Source: Thermoplasmata archaeon
GTDB lineage: Archaea; Thermoplasmatota; Thermoplasmata; Lutacidiplasmatales; UBA184
Assembly (NCBI GenBank): GCA_030041075.1
Contig: JASHOP010000029.1
Location: 1 to 50,146, forward strand
Direction: 5' to 3'
Length of the DNA: 50,146 nucleotides
Position 1 is the first letter of the stretch, and every line of letters begins with the position of its first letter. Made by a program: the position numbers and the translations under genes. This document shows, one piece after another, positions 18,902 through 27,408 of this stretch. Below the pieces are notes generated by a model. It ran no database searches, was not told the DNA's origin, and saw nothing but the letters and a program-made list of their open reading frames with translations.

Positions 18902-19825
18902 GTGCCGACGGTCGAGGGTGCGCCGGAGCGACCGCGCGACCTCCTCGTGGCGGGCCACGTCAACGTAGACCGGTTCCTTAAGGTCGCGGCCTTCCCCGCC
19001 CCGGACCGAACCGTCCCGGTCGTCGACCAATCCGTCGCTCTCGGCGGGACGGCCGCGAACCTCGCCCGGGTGGCGACGAGCCTGGGCGTCGCGACCGGCC
19101 TTGTCGCGCGCGTGGGAGCGGAGTTTCCCGCGGCGTTCCGCCGGCAGCTCGTGCGCGAAGGGGTCGACGTCCGGGGCCTCGAGGCGGTCTCGGGGTGCTC
19201 GAGCCCGACGTGCTATATCGTCGTGGACGGCCGGGGTCGTCAGCGGACGCTGATCGATCAGGGGCCGATGCGCGACGCCCGGGGCGCGCGGACCCCGGGC
19301 CCGTGGCTCCGGGAGTACGCCTGGCTCCATGTGACCACCGGCGACCCCCGTTTCGCGCTGGCGCTGAGCTCGCGCGCAATCGCCCTGGGGATGAAGGTCG
19401 CGGCGGACCCGGCCCAGGAGATCTTCTACCGATGGGACGCGGCGAAGCTGAAGCGTCTCCTCCGGAACGCCGAGATCCTCTTCGGCAACCGGGCCGAGAT
19501 AGAGCACGCGGCTGGACTCGTGGGGGGAGGCGGCCCGCACGGCCTCCTGGAGCGGGTCCCGATCGTGATACGGACCGAAGGACCCGACGGCGCCACGGCG
19601 TTCCGCCGAGGCGGCGCCGTCCACGTCGCCGCGCGGCGGCCCCGCAACGTCCGGAGCTACGTGGGCGGCGGCGACGCGTTCCGGGGAGGATTCTACTGCG
19701 CATGGTTCCATGGGGTTCCGCTACGGGGTTGCCTCGAAGCCGGGACGCGGGCCGCGGCCCGGTGGATCGAGCGGGGGCTGCCGACGGCTCGGGGATCGAC
19801 TTCCGCGCGATCGGGTCGCCCCTGA
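18902..19825 (+). CDS. PfkB-family carbohydrate/nucleoside kinase
   Basis: GHVNVD, GGTAAN, DPAQE, N..E, GGGDAFRGGF anion hole; GTG start inferred. Confidence 0.88.
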   Translation: MPTVEGAPERPRDLLVAGHVNVDRFLKVAAFPAPDRTVPVVDQSVALGGTAANLARVATSLGVATGLVARVGAEFPAAFRRQLVREGVDVRGLEAVSGCSSPTCYIVVDGRGRQRTLIDQGPMRDARGARTPGPWLREYAWLHVTTGDPRFALALSSRAIALGMKVAADPAQEIFYRWDAAKLKRLLRNAEILFGNRAEIEHAAGLVGGGGPHGLLERVPIVIRTEGPDGATAFRRGGAVHVAARRPRNVRSYVGGGDAFRGGFYCAWFHGVPLRGCLEAGTRAAARWIERGLPTARGSTSARSGRP

Positions 19826-20006
19826 GATCGGCGCCCCGCACGTCCCGACCCCGCGGGTCCGCCCGCGTTCCCCCGCACGTCCCGGGCCGGCGACGCCGGG
19901 AGGACCGCACCGCGCCACGGCCACAACCCCGCGCGCTCGCCGGGTCTCAAGTCACCGGCGCCGGGGTCCGGGCCAACGGTTAAGGCTCTCGCGCCCTCGG
20001 CGTTCC

Positions 20007-20837
20007 GTGGCCCGCCGGCCGATCCCGGTCGCGATCCTCTCGATCGAGGGGACCAACTGCGACCAGGAGCTCCGCGTCGCGCTCGCGGCGCTCGGGACGC
20101 GGCCCGAGGTCGTGGGGCTGAAGCAGCTGGAGGGCCGGGACGTGGCCGCCCGCGACCGGCGAAATCTCGACGACTACCGGATGCTGTTCCTCCCGGGCGG
20201 TTTCTCCGGCGGCGACTACGTCCGCGCGGGGGCGATCATGGCGGCGCGGATCCGTGCCGCGATCGGCCCCGAGCTGGTCGAGTTCGTGCGGTCGGGCCGC
20301 ATGGTGGGCGGGATATGCAACGGGTTCCAGGTCGCGATCGAGCTCGGCCTCCTCCCCGGCCGTCCGGGCCACGCGCTGGGCCCGCCCGAGGCCGCCTTGG
20401 TGGCGAACGACTCGGGGCGGTTCGAGTGTCGGCCGACGTTCGTGGCTTGGGAGGGAGGCGGGTTCCCTCCGCTGCGGGGCCTGGCCCGTGGATCGCGCTT
20501 CCTCTTTCCCTCGGCGCACGCGGAGGGCAAGCTCGTCCTCGGGGGCGACGCCGGGACCCGGCGCGCGGAGCTCGAGGCATCGGGGCAGGTGCTGTTCCGG
20601 TGGGTCGCCCCGGACGGCGGGCCGGCGACGTACCCGTGGAACCCGAACGGGTCGGAGGGCGACATCGCCGGCCTCACGGACCCGGAGGGAACGGTGTTCG
20701 GACTGATGCCCCACCCCGAACGATCGTTCTTCCGCGACCAGGCCCCGGACTGGACCCGCTCAGGGTCCGGGACGGGATTCGGTGACGGCCGGCGGTTCCT
20801 AGAAGCGGTCGTCCGTCATGCCGAGCGGTCCGGCTAG
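20007..20837 (+). CDS. purQ: Phosphoribosylformylglycinamidine synthase glutaminase subunit
   Basis: GTNCD.E, PGGFS.GDY.RAG, GICNGFQ, AHAEG, NPNGS, GLMPHPER; TTAAGG at 19980. Confidence 0.95.
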   Translation: MARRPIPVAILSIEGTNCDQELRVALAALGTRPEVVGLKQLEGRDVAARDRRNLDDYRMLFLPGGFSGGDYVRAGAIMAARIRAAIGPELVEFVRSGRMVGGICNGFQVAIELGLLPGRPGHALGPPEAALVANDSGRFECRPTFVAWEGGGFPPLRGLARGSRFLFPSAHAEGKLVLGGDAGTRRAELEASGQVLFRWVAPDGGPATYPWNPNGSEGDIAGLTDPEGTVFGLMPHPERSFFRDQAPDWTRSGSGTGFGDGRRFLEAVVRHAERSG

Positions 20838-21466
20838 GGCGGCGCCGGCTTCGCGCCTCGGTCCAGCCAGAGGTCCCAGACGGTAAGCCGCTCTCCCTCG
20901 AGGGACCGCTCCGCGGCGGCGGCGAGCGCCCCGCCCCGCGCCGTCCAGCCGTCCCGCACCCGGGCGAGCGCCGGCGCGGACTGGACCGACGAGACAAGAA
21001 CGTACGCGTGGCCCCCGGCCGCGAGGTGCTCGGGGAGCTCGCGCACGATCCGGGCCAAGACCCGGCACCCGTCGCGGCCGCCGTCGACCGCCAGGTCGTG
21101 CCACCGGTCCTCCGTCCTCTGATCGTGTTGCGTGGGGAGGTACGGAGGGTTGGCGAGGACCCGATCGAAGCTACCGAGGCCCCGGGCGAGGTCGGTCCGC
21201 ACGACCTCGACCGGCAACCGTTCCGCGCGGGCCACCGACCGAAGCCCCCGGAGCGCCTCGGGATTGAGGTCGGTCGCGACGGTCCGGGCCCCGTGGCGGG
21301 CCGCCTCGAGGGCCAGGCGCCCGTTGCCGGTGCCGATGTCTAGGAGCGAGCGGTCGCCCGCGGTGCGGGCGAACGGAAGCAGGAGGTGGGTGTCCTCGCG
21401 CTCCGGATAGACGGCCGGCGGGACGTCGCGCGCGTCGACGCGCCCTCCGCGAGCTTTCGGGCTCAT
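20834..21466 (-). CDS. HemK2/PrmC-like SAM-dependent methyltransferase
   Basis: VYPEREDTHLL, LDIGTGNG, TDLNP, NPPYLP, DGG.DG. Confidence 0.88.
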   Translation of the reverse strand: MSPKARGGRVDARDVPPAVYPEREDTHLLLPFARTAGDRSLLDIGTGNGRLALEAARHGARTVATDLNPEALRGLRSVARAERLPVEVVRTDLARGLGSFDRVLANPPYLPTQHDQRTEDRWHDLAVDGGRDGCRVLARIVRELPEHLAAGGHAYVLVSSVQSAPALARVRDGWTARGGALAAAAERSLEGERLTVWDLWLDRGAKPAPP

Positions 21467-21529
21467 GCTTGGGAGATGATTTCTTATTGGCATGGGGCCT
21501 ATTGAGGCGTGCTCACCGTTGTACCCCGC

Positions 21530-22087
21530 ATGCCGCGTCGTCTTTCTCCCCCGGTCAAGATCGGCATTACCGGACTGCCGGGTTCGGGGAAGACGCAGAC
21601 GCTGTTGCGCATCATCGAGCTCCTCGAGGAGGAAGGGGTGAAGGTGGGCGGGATGGTCACCGAGCCGATCGTCGTGAAGCAGCGACGGGTTGGATTCCGC
21701 ATCACCAACTGGCTCACGAAGGAGCACGAGGTGTTCGCCCAGGAGTCGCTCAAGTCCCGCGTCCACTCGGGTCGCTACGGCGTCAACCTGGCCGCGCTCG
21801 AGGGGCTCGGCACCCGGGCCCTCGCCGAGGCCCGCGAGTCCGCCGACGTGATCGTCATCGACGAGGTCGGCAAGATGGAGGTGGAGAGCGAAGTGTTCAC
21901 GAAGAGCGTCATCGACACCCTGGACGCGAGCAAGTCGATCGTGATGACCCTCCACAAGAAATCCCGCAACCCGCTGCTCCAGGACATCCGCCGGAGGGAT
22001 GAGCTACGACTTCTCGAGGTGACGCCGGTCAACAAGAACCTCCTCGCGTTCAAGATCGTCCACCTGATCACGGGGCAGTCGCACTAG
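21530..22087 (+). CDS. NTPase THEP1 family (COG1618)
   Basis: ITGLPGSGKT, GG..T, R.GF, G.YGV, IDEVGKME; alternative GTG at 21509. Confidence 0.92.
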   Translation: MPRRLSPPVKIGITGLPGSGKTQTLLRIIELLEEEGVKVGGMVTEPIVVKQRRVGFRITNWLTKEHEVFAQESLKSRVHSGRYGVNLAALEGLGTRALAEARESADVIVIDEVGKMEVESEVFTKSVIDTLDASKSIVMTLHKKSRNPLLQDIRRRDELRLLEVTPVNKNLLAFKIVHLITGQSH

Positions 22088-22164
22088 CGCCGATCCGCGA
22101 GGGCGGGACCGAGTTCCTCGGTCCGCCGATCCAGCCGGGGCGCGGACCCCGTCCCCGCGCGCCG

Positions 22165-23193
22165 GTGTTCTACAACCCGGTCATGGCGGCCGATCGCGAC
22201 CTCGCGATCGCGTTCGTGCGCGCCTGGCGCCCCGGACCCGATCGCGAGCTCACCGGCTGGGAGGTCACCGCGGCGACCGGGATCCGCGGGTTGCGGCTTC
22301 TCACGGAGTCGGAGCGGTTCGCCTCGTTCGTCTTCACCGAGCCGAACGACGACGCGTTCGCCGCGCTGGCCCCGAACGCCCGTCGCCACCCCGGCGCCGT
22401 CGCGATCCACGACGACGGGCGGCATCCCCCTACCGGGGCCCCGTTCGACTACGTCGACATCGACCCGTACGGGTCACCGGCGCCGTTCGTCCCCGCCGCG
22501 CTGGCCGCGCTGAGGACGGGCGGCGTGATCGGCGTGACCGCCACCGACATGCTCGTCCTGGCGGGGGCCCAACCGGCCGTGGCGAAGCGTCGGTACGGAG
22601 CCGTGCCGATCCGCGGACGTCTCGGCCAGGAGTCCGGCCTGCGGATCCTGCTCATGTTCCTCGCCCGTGCCGCCCGGTCCCAGGGCCGGAGCGTCCGACC
22701 GCTCCTTTCCTACGTCCGCGAGCACTACGTGCGGACGTACGTGGAGCTGGTCGACGCGGGGTCCGGCGACGACCCGGTCGGGACGATCGACCCCACGACA
22801 TGGGACGGACCTCCCGTCGGCGCGAGGGGTCCGTACGGCCCTCTCTGGTTGGGATCCCTCTTCGACGCGAGCATCGTCGCCCGGCTCACGACCCCCGGCT
22901 CGGCCGCGCAGACCCGGGAGGTCGACGCCCTCATCGCCCGGCTCCGAGGCGAGGCGGGGATCGACGGAGCGTTCTACTACGAGCCGAACTCGCTCGCCGC
23001 GTCGCTCCGGCTCGCCGCACCCCCCTCGCTCGCCGCCCTCCTCGGCGCGCTCGCCGCCGAGGGGTACCGGGCTGCGCGCACCCACGTTCGTCCGGAAGGC
23101 GTGCGATCGGACGCTCCGCGCTCGGCGGTCGAACGCATCGCCCGCGGACTCGCCGCGAACGATCAGTCCCAGAACGCGCGCGTCCGGGCGTAG
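22165..23193 (+). CDS. trm1: tRNA (guanine-26-N2)-dimethyltransferase; real N-terminus probably extends to about 22084-22093
   Basis: VFYNP.M..DRD, AATGIRGLR, DIDPYGSP, VTATD, GLRIL, HYVR, GPLWLG.L, RTH. Confidence 0.92.
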   Translation: MFYNPVMAADRDLAIAFVRAWRPGPDRELTGWEVTAATGIRGLRLLTESERFASFVFTEPNDDAFAALAPNARRHPGAVAIHDDGRHPPTGAPFDYVDIDPYGSPAPFVPAALAALRTGGVIGVTATDMLVLAGAQPAVAKRRYGAVPIRGRLGQESGLRILLMFLARAARSQGRSVRPLLSYVREHYVRTYVELVDAGSGDDPVGTIDPTTWDGPPVGARGPYGPLWLGSLFDASIVARLTTPGSAAQTREVDALIARLRGEAGIDGAFYYEPNSLAASLRLAAPPSLAALLGALAAEGYRAARTHVRPEGVRSDAPRSAVERIARGLAANDQSQNARVRA

Positions 23194-26009
23194 TCCCGCT
23201 CGGCCCGGAGGAGCTCCGTGAAGAACGCGTCGTCGCTCCGGTAGAGGCGGGCGAGGAGCCGACGGGCCGTGTCGGGCCCGACCCCCCGGGCGGCGAGGGC
23301 GAGGAGGGCCCGTTCGCCGTGGTGGGCGAGGAGCTCCGCGGACGTGTAGCCGGATCGGACGAGGGACTCCGTCTCCGGGGGAACGGGCCTCTCGCGCCGG
23401 GATTTCGGCGGAGACGCCGTCCGGCTGGCGCGACGCCGGCGCTTGGCGTAGCGGGAGAGCCGTTCGATCTCCCCCTCCCGCCGGGGCGACAGGACCGCGG
23501 ACAGCGATCCCCGGCAGAGGAGGCACCGGCTCCCGCCCTCGGCCCGGTAGCGCAGGGCGGTCGTCGTCCGAACGAACCCGCAGCGCAGGCAGACCAGGGT
23601 CAGGGGCTCGCGTTCGAGCCGCTCCCGGATCGCCTTCAGCAGCGTGGGCGGGGGGACGTCCGGAACGGCCCTCCAGCGCAGCCGGTCGAGGGGACCGTCG
23701 GTCAGGGGCGAGGGGGCCGATCCGACCACCTCGATCGCGCCCGACCGGACCCTCTCGAGGACCCGCTCGGCATGGTCGAGGTCGTAGCGGTCGTGGAGTG
23801 TCTTCTCGAGCGCCTCCTCCCCGAGGGGGGAGGCCTGGGCGGCCCGGAGCAGCGGGTCGAGGGTCCGCAGGTCGCGCGGGTCGGCCGAGGCCGGCAGGAC
23901 CCCGAGCTTGCGTGCGACGTTGAGGAAGACCCACCGGTAGTCGAAGCCGGTGGGGACGAGCCGTTCGACGAGCGGTCGCAGCGTCGCCGGCTCGATCGCG
24001 AACGCATCGGCGAGCGCGGGGATGTCCAGCGCGACCGGGAGCTCGAGCACGAACCAGGTCGGCTCGACCGAGGCGAGCTCGACCCGGCCGCCGAGCCGGG
24101 CGGTGAGAGTTCCCGCGACGGCCAGGGCCAGCGTTTCGTTCGTCCGGCTTCCGAAGCACGCTCCGAACACGGCGAGCCGGCCCCGGATCGTCACCGTGAC
24201 CCGCACGTCGGTCGCCATCGCGCCCGACGCGAGCGCCTCCGAGCGGCGGCGCGCGAGCCGCCCCCGGTCCACGGCCGAGATGGGATACGCGTCGAACGCG
24301 CCCGTCCGGCGGAGTTCGCCGATCTCCTGGGCGACGTCGAACGGCACCGGGATATCCTCCCCGACCCACCGGGGCTCCTGACCCAGCTCCTGGACCCCTT
24401 CCACGAGCAGCTCCCCTTCCCGGTGCTCGACGACCTTCCAGGTCCGCCCGTGGAGCAGGAAGATCTCCTCGGGCTGGGCGAGGACCTGAGTCAGGACGAA
24501 CCGCTCGTCCAGCGTTCCGATCAGCCGGCGGGTGGCCAGATCGCGCAGTCGGTACGTCCGCTCGTCCGGGATGAGGGAGAGCGAAGCGTAGAACCGTCGG
24601 AGGGTCCCGCGGCCCGGCTCCAGGCGCCGGTCGGACGCTCGGGCAAGGTGGAGCGCGACGAGATAGTTCACGAGCTCGTCCCATTCGCGCTCCCCGAGCT
24701 CCGCGACGCAGGCGGCCCGCCGGAGCCGTGCGACGATCGCCGCACGGTCCGCCGGCCCCTCGGCCCGCAGCTCGGCGACGATCTGCTGGGCCGCCGCGAG
24801 CCGGTTGCGGGTGCGCCACGCCACGGGCTCGACCAGTCCGGCCGTAGCCCGCCGAGCCAGGACCGCCGCCTCCTCGAGGTCGTCGTCGTCGAGGGCCACG
24901 ACCTGACCATGGATCGTGCGGTCGAGACGGTGGCCGGACCGGCCGACCCGCTGGACGAGCCGAACGACCTGGTGGGGGGAACCGAACTGGACGACGTGGT
25001 CGACCGCGCCGATGTCGATCCCGAGCTCGAGCGACGACGTCGCCACGAGCGCGCGGAGGCTACCTTCCCGGAACGCGCGCTCTGCCTCCTCGCGGACCTC
25101 GCGGGAGAGCGAGCCGTGATGGACCGCGATCGCGAGGTCGGGGGCCAGCCGTTGCAGGCGGGCCGCGAGGCCTTCCGCGGTCGGCCGGGTGTTGACGAAG
25201 ACGAGCGAGGTGCGGTGGGCCCGGATCTCCCGCTCGACCGCTCGGACCCCCCGGAGGAGCGCAGGGTCCGCCTTCAGCTCGAGAACGACCGCCGGGTCGA
25301 GCGGGGAGGTCGGCTCCTCCGCCTCCTCCGCCACGAGCGCCAGGGTCCGGCGTGCGGAGGCGGCTCGCACCTCGACCCGGCGCGGCTCGGGCGACAGGAA
25401 GCGGGCCACCGCATCGGGGTTGCCGACCGTGGCCGAGAGGCCGATCCGGCGGACCGCCCGCCCCGCGAGGGCGTCGAGTCGCTCGAGGGTGATCCCGAGC
25501 TGCGCTCCGCGATCGGAGCCGGCCAGCTCGTGGACCTCGTCGACGACGACGGCGCGCACGTTCGCGATCGCACGCCGTAGGAGCTTCCCGACCAGAAGGA
25601 TCTGGAGGGTCTCCGGTGTCGTCAGCAGGAGGTCCGGGGGACGGCGGGACTGCGCGAGCCGGGCGGAGGTCGGCGTGTCGCCGTGCCGGACCGCGGCCGT
25701 GAGGCCGACCTCCCCGACCAGCGAGAGGAGGCGGTGCTCGAGGTCGCGGTTGAGCGCGCGGAGGGGCGTGATGTAGAGGATCGAGACCGGGGGGCTAGGT
25801 TCGCTGAGCCGTCGCGTGAGGAGCGGCAGGAGGGCGGCTTCGGTCTTCCCCGTGCCCGTCGGAGAGAGCAGGAGCGCGTCCGCGTCGGTCGCGAGGACCG
25901 GGGCCGCGAGGCGCTGGATCTCGGTCAGCTCGCGGAACCCCCGGCGGTCGGCCGCGGCGGCGAGCCGTGGATCGATACCGGGGATCTCGAGGGGGGAGCG
26001 CGCGACCAT
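23163..26009 (-). CDS. lhr: Lhr-family SF2 DEAD/H helicase with C-terminal Cys4 motif
   Basis: PTGTGKT, RHGDT, TTPETL, DEVHEL, HHGSLS, SSLELGID.G, QRVGRSGH, IG.LDE.F, W.GE; CLRC...CLLC. Confidence 0.93.
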   Translation of the reverse strand: MVARSPLEIPGIDPRLAAAADRRGFRELTEIQRLAAPVLATDADALLLSPTGTGKTEAALLPLLTRRLSEPSPPVSILYITPLRALNRDLEHRLLSLVGEVGLTAAVRHGDTPTSARLAQSRRPPDLLLTTPETLQILLVGKLLRRAIANVRAVVVDEVHELAGSDRGAQLGITLERLDALAGRAVRRIGLSATVGNPDAVARFLSPEPRRVEVRAASARRTLALVAEEAEEPTSPLDPAVVLELKADPALLRGVRAVEREIRAHRTSLVFVNTRPTAEGLAARLQRLAPDLAIAVHHGSLSREVREEAERAFREGSLRALVATSSLELGIDIGAVDHVVQFGSPHQVVRLVQRVGRSGHRLDRTIHGQVVALDDDDLEEAAVLARRATAGLVEPVAWRTRNRLAAAQQIVAELRAEGPADRAAIVARLRRAACVAELGEREWDELVNYLVALHLARASDRRLEPGRGTLRRFYASLSLIPDERTYRLRDLATRRLIGTLDERFVLTQVLAQPEEIFLLHGRTWKVVEHREGELLVEGVQELGQEPRWVGEDIPVPFDVAQEIGELRRTGAFDAYPISAVDRGRLARRRSEALASGAMATDVRVTVTIRGRLAVFGACFGSRTNETLALAVAGTLTARLGGRVELASVEPTWFVLELPVALDIPALADAFAIEPATLRPLVERLVPTGFDYRWVFLNVARKLGVLPASADPRDLRTLDPLLRAAQASPLGEEALEKTLHDRYDLDHAERVLERVRSGAIEVVGSAPSPLTDGPLDRLRWRAVPDVPPPTLLKAIRERLEREPLTLVCLRCGFVRTTTALRYRAEGGSRCLLCRGSLSAVLSPRREGEIERLSRYAKRRRRASRTASPPKSRRERPVPPETESLVRSGYTSAELLAHHGERALLALAARGVGPDTARRLLARLYRSDDAFFTELLRAERDYARTRAFWD

Positions 26010-26053
26010 CGGCCGTCCGGGAACCCGGGTCCCGCGGAAAGGAATGTCGGACC

Positions 26054-26491
26054 CTACGTGCCTTTCGGGGGCTCGAGGTCGAGCATCCTCAACCCGAAGC
26101 TTTCCACCATCGGGCGTCCGAACGTGCGGCCAGGAAACGCGTCGACCAGCACCTCCTGCAGGATGCCGACGGTCGCACGGATCAGATGGCCTCCCACGAG
26201 CCGGTGGTCGGGGCCAGCGAGCGCGGCGTGGAGGTGGACCGACGGGTTGCCGTCCGCGTGCGCGATCGTCCCGTGAAGAGCGACCACCTCGTGGGGCTCC
26301 GCGATCGGGTGCGGTTGATACGCCGCGCCGTCCCAGTAGCCGACCGTGGCCGTGCGGAACATCCCGATTCCCGAGACGACCGCGGCCGCGCGGAGACCTT
26401 CGCGCCGTGCGAAGTCGGAGATCGCCTCGAAGAGGTCCTGTCCGTCGTCGAGGCGCAGCAGGTATCGATCGCCGTCCCGAGCGGTCTGCAT
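26054..26491 (-). CDS. PPC-domain protein (DUF296)
   Basis: RLDDGQDL, SGIG, EVVALHGTI, HLH, GGHL. Confidence 0.9.
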   Translation of the reverse strand: MQTARDGDRYLLRLDDGQDLFEAISDFARREGLRAAAVVSGIGMFRTATVGYWDGAAYQPHPIAEPHEVVALHGTIAHADGNPSVHLHAALAGPDHRLVGGHLIRATVGILQEVLVDAFPGRTFGRPMVESFGLRMLDLEPPKGT

Positions 26492-26577
26492 CCGAGGAGC
26501 GAAACGGTCCTCCGCTAAGGGGGTTGCGCGCCGGCTCAGGGAAAACGGTAAGGTGGCTCCCCCGCTTCGCGAAGGGG

Positions 26578-27408
26578 ATGACGAGGGAACCCGGGTCGTC
26601 GTCCGTCCCGAGGAGCGAGGGGGACGTTGTGACCTGGATCCGATCGCGGGGTCCCGCGCTCGTCGCCCTTTCCGGCGGAGTCGACTCGTCGCTCGTAGCG
26701 TCGCTCGCGCACGAGGCGCTCGGGGACCGGGCGGTCGCGGTCACGGTCGCGAACTCGGCGCTCGCGCCGCGGGAATCCCGCCTCGCCGCCCGCGTCGCGG
26801 CCTCGATCGGCATCGCGCACACCGTCTTGGGGGCCGAACCGCTCGATCGACCCGAGTACCGTGCCAACGGGCCCGACCGTTGTTACTTCTGCCGGGCCGT
26901 CGAGACCGCCGCGCTGCGGAGCTACGGGGGCTCCCACGGGGTGGCGCAGTACCTCGATGGGATCCACCTCGACGACCTCGCGGACGATCGACCGGGGATC
27001 CGCGCGGTCAACGAGGCCGGATTCTCGCATCCGCTCCTCTGGGCCGGATGGGCGAAACGGAACGTCCGCGAGATAGCGCGCACCCGCGGACTCCCGAACT
27101 GGGACCGGCCGTCCGACGCGTGCCTCGCGTCGAGGGTCGCCCGGGGCGAGCGCATCGACGCCGAGCTCCTGGCCCGAGTCGACACCGCCGAGGAGTTCCT
27201 CCTGGCCCAGGGGTTCCGCCGCGTCCGGGTGCGGACCCGAGCGGGGGCCGCTCGCGTCGAGGTCGATCCCGACGAGGTCCCCCGTCTTCTCGGGGAGCCG
27301 ATCGCCGGCGAGGTGACCCGACGGCTGGCGGCCCTGGGTTTCTCCTCCGTCACGCTCGATCCGCGCGGCTACCCGGGGGCGCGCGAGCCGATCGCGGTTC
27401 TGCGATGA
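26578..27408 (+). CDS. larE: LarE-family ATP-dependent sulfur transferase
   Basis: PP-loop SGGVDS, N..DRCYFC, DDL.D.RPG, PSDACLASR, RVR. Confidence 0.88.
   Translation: MTREPGSSSVPRSEGDVVTWIRSRGPALVALSGGVDSSLVASLAHEALGDRAVAVTVANSALAPRESRLAARVAASIGIAHTVLGAEPLDRPEYRANGPDRCYFCRAVETAALRSYGGSHGVAQYLDGIHLDDLADDRPGIRAVNEAGFSHPLLWAGWAKRNVREIARTRGLPNWDRPSDACLASRVARGERIDAELLARVDTAEEFLLAQGFRRVRVRTRAGAARVEVDPDEVPRLLGEPIAGEVTRRLAALGFSSVTLDPRGYPGAREPIAVLR

Noticed and set aside
23163-26867. 1234-aa Lhr and other N-terminally extended ORF calls (uvrB 1038 aa, rrp42 464 aa, hemH 695 aa, hemL 686 aa) as fusion proteins
   Set aside because: The extensions are low-complexity read-through across neighbouring genes; homology starts at internal start codons that overlap upstream stops or follow TATA boxes.
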